NCBI GenBank assembly: GCA_037132235.1
Contig: JBAXPM010000005.1
Span: 13,320-77,319 of the forward strand
Source: Paludibacter sp.
Lineage (GTDB): Bacteria > Bacteroidota > Bacteroidia > Bacteroidales > Paludibacteraceae
DNA: 64,000 bases
Reading direction: 5' to 3'
The position numbers were made by a program, and so were the translations under genes. Below the pieces are notes generated by a model that was not told the DNA's origin, searched no databases, and saw only the letters and a program-made list of their open reading frames with translations. Position 1 is the first letter of the stretch, and each line of letters begins with the position of its first letter. This document shows positions 1 to 10,500 of this stretch, piece after piece.

Positions 1-450
1 TGCCGGTTTATGCACCTTTATGTTCGCGAATCTACAATTGCTGAAGATCTCGCTCTGGATATTTTTACCTACGTCTGGGAAAACCGCAAAACCCTGCAAA
101 TTCAACTTTCATTCAAAGCTTATCTATTTCAGGCTGCTCGTAATAAATGCCTGAATGAACTAAGAAAGAAAAAAAACACTGTTTCTTTAAATCAGGAGGA
201 TATCGATATTGAAGAAACCGATGTAATGAGTCTGGAAACCGAAGAACTCTATCGTTTGATTCAGGAAGCGGTATTGGCTTTGCCGGATAAATGTAAAGAA
301 GTATTTCAACTCAGCAGAACAGAAAATCTTAGCAACCAGGAAATTGCCACCCAATTAAATATTTCCGTAAAAACAGTTGAAGCTCAGATAACCAAAGCTT
401 TAAAGCGGATAAAAGACTTCCTGGGAGATTCCTATTCGTTTTTGTGGTAA
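1..450 (+). CDS. ECF-type sigma-70 factor, 5' end outside the window
   Basis: Frame 1 is open from base 1 (CRFMHLYV...AEDLALDIFTYVW...KAYLFQAARNKCLN). Region 4 motif LPDKCKEVFQLSR...LSNQEIA...ISVKTVEAQITKAL. Directly upstream of a FecR gene. Confidence 0.93.
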   Translation, partial: CRFMHLYVRESTIAEDLALDIFTYVWENRKTLQIQLSFKAYLFQAARNKCLNELRKKKNTVSLNQEDIDIEETDVMSLETEELYRLIQEAVLALPDKCKEVFQLSRTENLSNQEIATQLNISVKTVEAQITKALKRIKDFLGDSYSFLW

Positions 451-466
451 AAATTTTCAAACAGAC

Positions 467-496
467 GTAAGGGTTGGCACAGTTTTATGTGTCATA
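467..496 (+). promoter_or_regulatory. Putative ECF-sigma promoter upstream of fecR (GTAAGGGT...TGTGTCATA)
   Basis: Bipartite motif in the short sigma-fecR gap. It resembles motifs I recall at this position in Bacteroidota ECF/FecR loci. Not verified. Confidence 0.4.
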
Positions 497-522
497 CAAA
501 TAGAACCCTTAAATTGTCGGTT

Positions 523-1533
523 ATGGAAAAGAAACTCCCCTGGGATATTATTATCTCTAAACTTCGTGGTAGTCTTACAGTAGAAGATGCAATCAGTTTC
601 GAAAACTGGTTGAATGAGGAAGATAACCGTCAACTATTTCAACAACTTCAAACCGTTTGGGAAAATGTTCAGAATAAGGTGGCTACCTATGAACCTGATC
701 TTGAATATTACTGGAAAGAGCTATCGGCCAGAATTAATCAGGAAGACTCTCAATTAACTTCACCACAACTGGAAGTAAAATCAATACCTCTTAAACGATT
801 CTATCGTATTGTGGCTGCCGCATCTATTTTGTTGGCTATAACTTTTTCAGGTGCCTATTATTTGGGCAGGAATAATATTTCCAATCAATCTGCTCAACAA
901 ACTTATTCTTCTTTAACCGGAAAATCAAAAGTCATTCTTCCGGATGGTACTGAAGTATGGCTACATTCAAACACTACTCTTTCATACAATGCAAATTTTT
1001 CCAGCAATACACGTGAAGTCAACATGAATGGTGAAGCCTATTTTAGTGTTACTCATGATGCCAACAAACCCTTTATTGTTCACTCAAATTCATCTTCTGT
1101 AACCGTTCATGGTACAAAGTTTAACGTAAATTCATACGAATCTTCACAGAATATCTTAGTCAGTCTCTTTGAAGGTTCGGTTTCTATGAAAGCAGCTAAC
1201 AATAATGTGATGCTGAGACCCGGGCAGGAAGGATATTACGATAAATCAAAGAATAAACTAGAGGTTAAAGAGGGAGATGTAGAGTTTGCAAAATCATGGA
1301 CGAATGACCAATTGCGTTTTGAAAACAAAAATTTAAGAGAGGTATGCAAATATCTGTCAAAATGGTATTCTGTAGAAATTCAAGTAGATCCTTCAATATC
1401 TGATAGACAATCCTATTCATTTACATTACGAAACGAAAGTCTGGAGGAAATTACAAGATTACTTTCAAAGGTAAATACTATTAATTATCAGTTTGTAGAA
1501 AATAATAAACTAATTATTAAATCGAAAAAATAA
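523..1533 (+). CDS. fecR: FecR-family anti-sigma factor
   Basis: LPDGTEVWLHSNTTLSY, GEAYFSV, VHGTKFNV and C-terminal LRFENKNLREVCKYL motifs, with one TM segment. ATG 523 is preferred to 487. Confidence 0.93.
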   Translation: MEKKLPWDIIISKLRGSLTVEDAISFENWLNEEDNRQLFQQLQTVWENVQNKVATYEPDLEYYWKELSARINQEDSQLTSPQLEVKSIPLKRFYRIVAAASILLAITFSGAYYLGRNNISNQSAQQTYSSLTGKSKVILPDGTEVWLHSNTTLSYNANFSSNTREVNMNGEAYFSVTHDANKPFIVHSNSSSVTVHGTKFNVNSYESSQNILVSLFEGSVSMKAANNNVMLRPGQEGYYDKSKNKLEVKEGDVEFAKSWTNDQLRFENKNLREVCKYLSKWYSVEIQVDPSISDRQSYSFTLRNESLEEITRLLSKVNTINYQFVENNKLIIKSKK

Positions 1534-1573
1534 ACTGACAATATTAAATAACACCTTTATTAGCTAAATCACG

Positions 1574-4500
1574 ATGAATCTATTAAGAAACATATTATTT
1601 TATATTCTTCTGGCTGTTTCGTTATCAGTTTACTCTCAAAATAAGGATAAAATTATAACGGTTTCATTCTCAAATATTGAATTATCTGATGCAATACAAC
1701 GAATTGAAAAGATGAGTAATTATAGCTTTTTCTATGATTCAATGATAATTGATTTAACACAGAAGGTAAGTTTGAATGTAGTGAATGTAAGCGTTAAACA
1801 GGCAATTGCAGAGATGCTTAAAAACAACTCTTTAGATTTTGAAATTACAAACTCACAAATAGCGATTTTTCCAATTAAATCTTTAAAATCAACAACACCC
1901 AAATCAGAAAAGAAACGAGTAATAGTAGGAAATGTAGTGGATGAAAAAAATGCAGAAATAATTGGAGCAACAGTAAAGATTAACGGAACAAATACCGGTA
2001 CAGTTACGGATATTAAAGGACATTTTTCTTTGGAAGTTGACAATTTAGATGTTTTAATGATTTCGTATCTCGGTTATGATTCTCAATTATTTGATGTTGC
2101 AGGTAAGACAAATTGTACTGTGAAACTATTACAGTCAGACCGTAAATTAGATGAAATTATCATTACTGCACAAGCACTTGGACAAAAAAATGCTATTCAG
2201 AAACAGATAAACTCGAATACTCTTAAAAATGTAATTTCAGCAGAGAAACTTCAACAGAATCCCGATGCCAACACGATTGAAGCAATAGGACGCTTACCGG
2301 GAATTTCTGTAAATCGCTCGGCTGGAGAAGGTGCCGGGTTTTTATTACGCGGTTTGGATCAGTCTTATTCCAAAATATTGATAAACGGAGAACCATTGGC
2401 AGTTGGGCTTAATGCAATTTCAACTTACTCATTACAAGGTGTTGAAGTTTATAAATCACTTACAGCTAATTTGGAGGGTAACGCTGTTGCAGGGTCTGTT
2501 GATCTTACTTTAAGAGAAACTCCTAAAGGATTACACTATTCGGCTATGGTTCAATCGGGTTATAATGCATTGAATAATGATTTTGGAAATTATAACTTCG
2601 TAGGGCTTATCAGCAATCGTTTTTTTAGCGATAAGCTGGGCGTTTTTTTCTCTGTGAATGCTGATAGAGTAAACCGAAGTACTAACTTGATTAGCGTGGG
2701 ATACAACACAAATTATACTACAAATTTGAATGATCCCTTTTATATTAGTAGCCTTAACTTTAATCTCAACGAACGAATAAATTATAAGCAGTCTGCAGTT
2801 CTCACGTTGGATTATATAGCAAGCAAATCAACCATTCTGAATTTTCAATCCTTCCTTTCAGCCAGTAATTTTTACTCATCCAGTCAATCAAAAAATTTCA
2901 GCCCCGAAGGTAATACAGCTACTGTACCGATTCGGGTGACAATGAGTGAGATCCCCGAATACCGTAACTACGGAATAACCAGTAATTTCAGTGGAAGGAC
3001 GAAATTAAAATTTCTGAATTCAGTATTAAATTATGGAATTAGTTATACCTACAATAACACCAAAACTCCTGGCACAAGAAACTGGAGTTATACTTCCGAA
3101 ACAAGAGCCGATGGTTTACATCGCGATAGTTTGAAAGTTTTTACACCCGCTCAGGTTGCCAATAGCTTTGATGAAATTCTGACAAATTTAGCTGGCACTA
3201 AATTAGAAAGTATGACTTATGATCAGACAGAGGCATATAATAGCAGTTTTACACCCCGGGTTGATTATGAAATACCATTTAAAAGCACAACAGGTATTCT
3301 GCATGGAAAAATTCAGATTGGAGCAAAATACAGGCAATCCCACAACTATTTAGATAGAACTGTCGGGGTTGGATATGCGGGGAATAATGCCATATTTGGT
3401 GATTTTATTAAAAACAACTATAACTGGCCGACTGGAATTGTTGAGTTGGTGGTTTCTGGGCAAGAAAATAATTTTATGGGAGGTAATTATCTATTTGGAG
3501 ATAAATATTCTTTTGAACGCAACAATCTGGTTTTTGATGCATGGCAGTTGAATGGTAAACAAAAATATCTTGCCGGATCGACTGGTGGTTTAGGTGATGA
3601 CCCCAAATACTCTGGTTTTGTTTACGATTTGAATTCATCAGCAATGAACGATATCAATGAGACTCATTACTATGGAGCAGGATATATTATGCCTGAAATT
3701 AATTTAGGGGAGTGGCTTATGATTATGCCCGGATTTAGATATGAATATGAAAAAGCCGATATGAAAGCGGTGAGAGGGAGTGAAGTAACCCGCAGTTATT
3801 CTGTTTATGAGAATATAAATACAGCATTCGGATTAAAAGATTCTGTGGCAACCCGCGAAGATAATTTTTTACTTCCAATGCTACATGTCAGGATCAAACC
3901 TACAAAGTGGTTTTATGCCCATTTTTCATATACCCATACGGTCAGACGACCTAGTAGTGGAGTTTCGCCGTTTGAGTATTACAATGCACAGGATGCTTCA
4001 AACTACTCATATACAGCAGGAAATCCGAAACTAAAGACAGAACTTTGGCGTAGTTATGATTTGCAATTCACATTTCATGCCAAAAAATTAGGGCTTTTTT
4101 CTATTACAGGTTTTAGCAAAACAGTTCAAGATAAATTGTGGTCGAGGTCTTATAAACGAATTTCAGGCGAACCGATTCCGAATCCGGTTTTTAAAGACAA
4201 TGATCTGGTGAATATGACTGTATACGAAAATCACCCTTATCCAATTTTACTGGAGGGCATTGAAACAGAATGGCAAACTTCATTTGGATTCTTACCCAAA
4301 CCATTTTCTTATTTGACATTAAGCGTTAATTATACTTATACTCACGGAAAATCGCCTAATCCGTACACCCAACTCTATAAATATAAACCTGCAGGATCAC
4401 GTTATGAGTTGACAGGAAGAAAAGATTCAGTGGTTATTGAACCTATGACCGGTGTTCCAGAGCATGTGGTTAACATAACCATGGGCATTGAAATTAAAAA

Positions 4501-4780
4501 TTTCAAAAGCTACTTGTCCTATCAATATTCATCACAAAAAATATTACAAACTCATCCGAATGATTTAAGACTTTATGTTATTTCTGAACCTTATAGCAGG
4601 TTAGATTTTAATGCATCCTATGGTTTTGAACTTAAGAACAAAGGCACATTGGAAATAATATTTAAAGCAGCCAACTTAACAAATAGCGAAGACCGGATTA
4701 GATACAGGGATGAAAAACGACCTATTAGCATTGAACAATACGGTGTTACAGCTGACTTAGGCCTGAGATATAAATTTTGA
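1574..4780 (+). CDS. TonB-dependent receptor with STN and CarboxypepD_reg-like N-terminal domains; not a canonical SusC
   Basis: Signal peptide, STN-like SFSNIELSDAIQRIEK, GTVTDIKGHFSL, plug ISAEKLQQNPDANTIEAIGRLPGISV, C-terminal LGLRYKF. Lacks the SusC PLYVLDGFP and ATAIYGARG motifs seen at 24591. Confidence 0.9.
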   Translation: MNLLRNILFYILLAVSLSVYSQNKDKIITVSFSNIELSDAIQRIEKMSNYSFFYDSMIIDLTQKVSLNVVNVSVKQAIAEMLKNNSLDFEITNSQIAIFPIKSLKSTTPKSEKKRVIVGNVVDEKNAEIIGATVKINGTNTGTVTDIKGHFSLEVDNLDVLMISYLGYDSQLFDVAGKTNCTVKLLQSDRKLDEIIITAQALGQKNAIQKQINSNTLKNVISAEKLQQNPDANTIEAIGRLPGISVNRSAGEGAGFLLRGLDQSYSKILINGEPLAVGLNAISTYSLQGVEVYKSLTANLEGNAVAGSVDLTLRETPKGLHYSAMVQSGYNALNNDFGNYNFVGLISNRFFSDKLGVFFSVNADRVNRSTNLISVGYNTNYTTNLNDPFYISSLNFNLNERINYKQSAVLTLDYIASKSTILNFQSFLSASNFYSSSQSKNFSPEGNTATVPIRVTMSEIPEYRNYGITSNFSGRTKLKFLNSVLNYGISYTYNNTKTPGTRNWSYTSETRADGLHRDSLKVFTPAQVANSFDEILTNLAGTKLESMTYDQTEAYNSSFTPRVDYEIPFKSTTGILHGKIQIGAKYRQSHNYLDRTVGVGYAGNNAIFGDFIKNNYNWPTGIVELVVSGQENNFMGGNYLFGDKYSFERNNLVFDAWQLNGKQKYLAGSTGGLGDDPKYSGFVYDLNSSAMNDINETHYYGAGYIMPEINLGEWLMIMPGFRYEYEKADMKAVRGSEVTRSYSVYENINTAFGLKDSVATREDNFLLPMLHVRIKPTKWFYAHFSYTHTVRRPSSGVSPFEYYNAQDASNYSYTAGNPKLKTELWRSYDLQFTFHAKKLGLFSITGFSKTVQDKLWSRSYKRISGEPIPNPVFKDNDLVNMTVYENHPYPILLEGIETEWQTSFGFLPKPFSYLTLSVNYTYTHGKSPNPYTQLYKYKPAGSRYELTGRKDSVVIEPMTGVPEHVVNITMGIEIKNFKSYLSYQYSSQKILQTHPNDLRLYVISEPYSRLDFNASYGFELKNKGTLEIIFKAANLTNSEDRIRYRDEKRPISIEQYGVTADLGLRYKF

Positions 4781-4838
4781 AAATATTAATTACAATTATT
4801 GACTTTAAACAAATAATTCACCTTAAAAAAACAATGAA

Positions 4839-6629
4839 ATGAGAAAATTAAATTTACTATTTATTTTATGTTTATTTGCAGGTACATTTATGGTATCGGC
4901 TATGGATATTATTGACGTTGCTCCAGGTGTTGGAACTCTCAATGCTGCCATAAAACAGTATAAAGGAGATAAGATTTATCGGTTGAAAGATGGTTATAAC
5001 GGCTATTATGTGTTGGACGAAATTATCAATAACACTGGATTTGATCTTACCATTATTGGGGGAGGAACACCTGATGTGGGCGATCCAAAACCGACAATGC
5101 CGGCAACACTTCAAACCAGTGGAACTGGTGGAACACCTTTCAATTATATGTTTAATGTATTTGCAAACATTACACTCAGAGGTGTTTACTTTGCAAATGC
5201 TACTGCTGATGGCGTATTTAATGCTCAGTTCTTTATGGGAATTTCAGGAAATGATATTCGGGTGGTAATTGACAAATGTGTATTAGACCCAGCCGGAAGT
5301 CCTATTTACTGCAACGGTGGAAGTCCCAAAATTTATTTGACAAATAATTTGTTTAACCGACTTACTGTTCAGACTACCAGTGTGAATGGTCCGGTAAACT
5401 TTTATTTCCCCAATGACCAAAGCGGAGTAGATACTTTATATGTTGAAAACAATACTTTCATTGGTTTAAGTACTGCTGTTTTTTCGGATAACAACGCACC
5501 TGTTAAAAGCGGATTCACATGGATAAACCACAACACTTTTATTCAACATAAATGTCAGATAGATTGGATGTCGAATCAGGAAAAGTTCTTTTTCACCAAT
5601 AATTTATTGTACGACTGCCACGTAATCCCTTATGAAAGAGCATGGGTAGGTGGTTGGGATAATTATGCTACAGGCAATGTTTCGGAATTGCTTTGGTCGG
5701 CACCCGATGCCATAGTCAAAGCAAATGGTGTGGATATTGACTGGGGATACAATAAAATGACAAGTTTTGTGGCAAATAATATCGAATTCAAAAACCCAAA
5801 GTTTTATACAAACCTGTCTGATTTAAAAACATGGGCAACGAGTGTCGGTGCTGCATGTACCATGTATTATCAACCTCTTGTTTGGACACCCGATGTCCCA
5901 TGTCAGAACAGAGGTATTGATATAACCACCGCATTAGCAAACAATCCACAATCGGCAATATACAACAGTACACAATTCCCAACATGGAAAGCTGCTAATA
6001 ATAAATACGACATTGATCCTACATTTACTGATGTGCGGATAAAACAAAAATCCGATATATTGGCTCAATGGGCATTGCCTGCTATCAAAAAAGACTATTT
6101 TGGAAGTTATTATACCTCGACTGCTCACACGAGTCTCGACTGGTACTGGGACCCTGATGGAAAACTTGGTCAGAATGATACCTGGCCACTGTTTGATGGT
6201 ACATACTCAAATACAACTGCTCAAACAGCAGGTTTGGATGGTTTACCTGTTGGGGATCTAAACTGGTTTTCTGCAAAGAAGACGATTTGGCAAAATAATA
6301 AAACTGCCATAGATGCCCACATTTTAGCTCTGAATTTAGAAAAAATGAATCTTACTGCTATTAATAATGTCAGTGCTGATAGGGTAAAACTAATTGATAA
6401 TTTTCCAAATCCTTGCAAAGAAGTAGTTAATTTCAGAATTTCTGAAAATCAAACTACTGAAACAAGAATAGCTATATTTAATACATTGGGACAAACAGTA
6501 GAGGTTCTTAATATTGGAAGGGGAATAACTGACTTTGCATGGAATGTAACAAAAATTAAATCGGGTACTTATTATTACGAAACAACTATCAATGGCATCA
6601 AGCAAAATGGTGTTTTATTGAAAAAATAA
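4839..6629 (+). CDS. T9SS-secreted parallel beta-helix protein (DUF4957/DUF5123-like)
   Basis: Signal peptide; Asn-ladder repeats (VENNTFI, INHNTFI, FTNNLLYD); GLPVGDLNWF motif; CTD (NFPNPCKE...IFNTLGQ...SGTYYY). Confidence 0.7.
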   Translation: MRKLNLLFILCLFAGTFMVSAMDIIDVAPGVGTLNAAIKQYKGDKIYRLKDGYNGYYVLDEIINNTGFDLTIIGGGTPDVGDPKPTMPATLQTSGTGGTPFNYMFNVFANITLRGVYFANATADGVFNAQFFMGISGNDIRVVIDKCVLDPAGSPIYCNGGSPKIYLTNNLFNRLTVQTTSVNGPVNFYFPNDQSGVDTLYVENNTFIGLSTAVFSDNNAPVKSGFTWINHNTFIQHKCQIDWMSNQEKFFFTNNLLYDCHVIPYERAWVGGWDNYATGNVSELLWSAPDAIVKANGVDIDWGYNKMTSFVANNIEFKNPKFYTNLSDLKTWATSVGAACTMYYQPLVWTPDVPCQNRGIDITTALANNPQSAIYNSTQFPTWKAANNKYDIDPTFTDVRIKQKSDILAQWALPAIKKDYFGSYYTSTAHTSLDWYWDPDGKLGQNDTWPLFDGTYSNTTAQTAGLDGLPVGDLNWFSAKKTIWQNNKTAIDAHILALNLEKMNLTAINNVSADRVKLIDNFPNPCKEVVNFRISENQTTETRIAIFNTLGQTVEVLNIGRGITDFAWNVTKIKSGTYYYETTINGIKQNGVLLKK

Positions 6630-6637
6630 AAAAACAA

Positions 6638-6678
6638 ATTTCTTCCATTGTTTCTAAAAAAGAGACAATGGAAGAAAT
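6638..6678. other. Long intergenic stem-loop with no downstream U-tract (terminator or mRNA-stabilising hairpin)
   Basis: ATTTCTTCCATTGTTTCT-aaaaa-AGAGACAATGGAAGAAAT. Confidence 0.7.
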
Positions 6679-6722
6679 CCAAAACCAAACAATTATTTAT
6701 TAATCTTTAAAAAATTACTATT

Positions 6723-7490
6723 ATGAAAATCAAATTATTACTTCTATTATTGTGCGTTTTCTCAATGGTTAATGCCCAAATTACATGGGATTTTAAAACA
6801 GGTGTTGAGGGATGGGGCTCATATGGTGATGATGTTACCGTATCTCATGATGGGTCAGAAAATCTTGTTCTGACTTACACCGGTGGAGCCGATGCTACTA
6901 TTTCATACCCTACAATTTATAATGATACTCCAGTAAATGTTGCCAATGTCAATTTTTTCTACATGAAATTTGCTGCAACCAACTGGCCTAAGTCTTCTGT
7001 ATTGGTCAATATTTATTTTGAGATGGGAGGCAATAACTATTATGCCAATCAAACGATGAATGTGTCGAGTGGAGAATTCTCGTTTAATATCAGAACGGAA
7101 GTACAACACACCTGGAGTGTTTTACCTGCAACCGGAACACCTTCCAGAATAAGAATAGAAATTCCACATAATTCTGAATTAGCCGGTTCAAACTGGAATG
7201 GTGCTTCAATCAAAATTGATAAAATTTCATTCTTAAATTCACTTACAACTGGATTGTCTGAAAAGAGCGAGTCTAATATTTTAGTTTATCCAAATCCGGT
7301 TTCCGAATCATTCCAAATAAAGGGTGGAAAATTTGATAATCTGTCCATTTACAATGCTACCGGAAAACTTATTAAATCGGTCAATGCAAACCTTAGCTCC
7401 ATATCGGTAGCTGACTTTGCCAAAGGCTTGTATTTTGTAAAAATTCATTCCAATGGAATTACAAAAGTTGAAAAACTGATTGTTGAATAG
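6723..7490 (+). CDS. Small T9SS protein: one unnamed CBM-like domain (type B) plus CTD
   Basis: Signal peptide; WDFKTGVEGW...RIRIEIPH...W...IDKISF, homologous to the second domain of 18730..21801; CTD VYPNPVSE...KGLYFVKI. Confidence 0.8.
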   Translation: MKIKLLLLLLCVFSMVNAQITWDFKTGVEGWGSYGDDVTVSHDGSENLVLTYTGGADATISYPTIYNDTPVNVANVNFFYMKFAATNWPKSSVLVNIYFEMGGNNYYANQTMNVSSGEFSFNIRTEVQHTWSVLPATGTPSRIRIEIPHNSELAGSNWNGASIKIDKISFLNSLTTGLSEKSESNILVYPNPVSESFQIKGGKFDNLSIYNATGKLIKSVNANLSSISVADFAKGLYFVKIHSNGITKVEKLIVE

Positions 7491-7587
7491 AATTTTCTAA
7501 AATCATAAACTATTTACTTCACCACGCTGCAATTTGTCTGTTACTAAGACAAATTACTGTGTTGGTATAATTTCACACACTTATATC

Positions 7588-10500
7588 ATGCATAAATTCA
7601 GGTTATTACTGTTTTTTTTCTGTCTTGTCTCGTTATCTTCTATTGCGCAAACGTCATGGACTTTTGATACAAACCTTCAAGGTTGGCACGACCTAGGTGA
7701 TGGGCGCGATGTAACAGCAAGTTGGGAAAACGGGAATTTAAAAATGACTTATTCGGAGCGTTCACCAACAAATGGACCTCAGTTGTGGTTTCCTGCAGTA
7801 CAGGTTGATAATCTGAATTTTAGTGCAGCTTCCTATCCTTATTTTGAAATTTACTATCAGGCAAACTGGCCAACTGTTTTAAACGGAAAGGTGCTGATGA
7901 CACTTACAAAAACAGATAATACGGTTGTTCACTCATTTTTTGATTTCGACCCTACCGAGAATTTTATTTCGGTAGATATTGCTGCCAATGTACGTACGGA
8001 CTGGAATGGAAAGGCTTATGATGGGCAAATAAAATCAATACAATTGGAACTTCCGCACAATTCAAGTACCATTGCTAATCCGGCTACCAATTGGTTTGGG
8101 CTTAATACGCTGATTGATAAGATAAATTTAACTGCAACCCAAACACCTAAGCCCGACAACAGAAAGACAGTTAAATGGTCGTTTGAAACCAATTTTACGG
8201 ATGATGCTGCTCAGTTTGTTTGTGCTACTTCGGGTACTCCGGGTATAAATACCAGCAATTTTAAAAACGGAAAAGCTGCTTTGTATTTAGATGGTGACAG
8301 TTATCTTACAATACCCACAAATTCACTTTTCACATCGAAAGAACAAACCATATCATTTTGGATTAAAACGATTGGTAGTGCTCAGAAATACAGTTCGACA
8401 CCCGCAAACTTGTTCTCGTATAACAATGGAAACTACGATTTAGCCATTAATGGAGGTAAACTTAATTTTCAGAAAACATCACGTATTTGGGACAACCTAA
8501 CCACATGGAATAGTGGTGATTGGCAGCATGTGTCAATTGTAAACGAAAGGAATGTAATGACTTGTTACCTCAACGGAAAAAAATCAGTTGAATTGTTGAA
8601 TGTCCCGATGACAAACAGAACTGGTAATATTGTCATTGGAAATGGCGGATTAATGGCATATATCGACGATTTCTCGGTATATAATTATGCGCTCACTTCT
8701 ACAGAAATTGCTGCTCAAGGGTCGGTACCTTTAAATACAATCAGCGCATGGACATTTGATAAAGACCTTGAAGGTTGGCATGAAATTCAGGATGGAGTTG
8801 ACAGAGATGTTACATTGAGTTGGGAAGCCGGTGATATGAAACTGACTTATACGAATAAAGCGCTTACAAACGGACCACAATTGTGGTTTCCTCAGGTGGA
8901 AGTTGATACCAAGTTTGATGCATCTCTTTATCCTTACTGCGATATTTATTATCAAACTGTAGGTTGGCCGGTTTCCACTCCGGTGAAGGCAGTGCTGGAA
9001 ATGACCAAAGCAGATGGAACGATAGTATATTCCAATTTTGATATTGATCCAACACTAAATTTTGTTCGTGTTGATTTTTCAAACAGCATTCAAAGTAATG
9101 GTTCGGCTTATTCGGGTGAGATAATTAAAGTGCGATTAGAGTTACCTCAAAATACTTCAGCAACACCTGCTGGAAGTTGGTTTGGTGCATCGACAAAAAT
9201 TACAAAAATTGAATTCAAAGATGTTCAACCTACTGTAGATGCAAATTGGGATAGTTTGCTTGGTAAAAGTGCGTTCATAAAATCTGGTTTGACTAAATTG
9301 AATCGAGATGATTATCAATATCAGCCCATAGGTTTAGGTGGAACAACCATGCGTGTCGACCCCTGGGGATTTGGTTTTACAAAAGCACCTATGGCAAATC
9401 CGGGTACGTGGCATCCGCACGAACCATACCTTAGTTATCAGTATTGGTGGGATAATGCAGGTCATAGGTTTAATCCTTTCCTGCTGAAAGCAGGATATGG
9501 TGCAGCACTCAATCCCGGAACAATTACTGCTTTTAATCAAAAATTAGATATTCGTACCGGTGAACTCAGCATTGATCTGGGACTAACTGTTGATGGAACA
9601 ACATTCATTTCCAAACGAACAGTACTTGTTACTCCCGATGGTGTATTAGTAATCAGGGTTCAGGATACTGGAGCACCATCGCCATTGCAAGTCAATATAG
9701 CAGTAGAGCAGGATGTTCGAATATATAATAATGCCGGCATTTATAATGTGTCGCACGATCCATTTACCGGTTCAGCCACTTCACGCGAACAAAACAGCAC
9801 AAAAGGAACTGTGGTAACTGCAACCCGACCCAACACCAGCACCGCTTCGTTGGCAGTTGCGGTTGAGAGTGCTTCGAATGTTACAATAAGTACAGATAAT
9901 CAGATTGTAAGTACAACAGATCCAAACGGCATCGTAACTTACTATATTGCACCGACTTCATCATTCAACCCACTTACTCCAACAGTTACTTGGGATCATG
10001 CATGGAATGCTGCATACACAGCAAAACAAAAAGGATACGAAACGCTACGTCAGGAAACGGCAACGTGGTGGACTAACTATTTCAATCGTTCAAGAATTTC
10101 AGTGCCCGACGAAACAGTTCAGAAATTGTATATGCAATCGCTATATTATCATGGCGTTTACTTTGGAAATACCAAAATTCCCCCTGGATGTAATTCTACC
10201 GATATTGAAAGTTTTGGTGGAGCAGTTTGTCCCGAATATGATTTGGTTCTTAGTCAGTTAGCATTGCTATACACGGGTCATATTAGTGAATCTAAAAACA
10301 TCGCCGACTGGACGTATAGCGTGTTGCCAACAGCCAAATCAAATGCTGTAAATGGAATTACACACCATAATGTAACCAGAAAGTACGATAACGGTGCTAT
10401 TTACACTACCTTAATGGGTTATGATGGCGCACTTGGCGTTCAGCCAACAGTAAGTGAAGGAGCTAATCTGAATCAGAATTATCCGGGTGCAAATGCGTCA

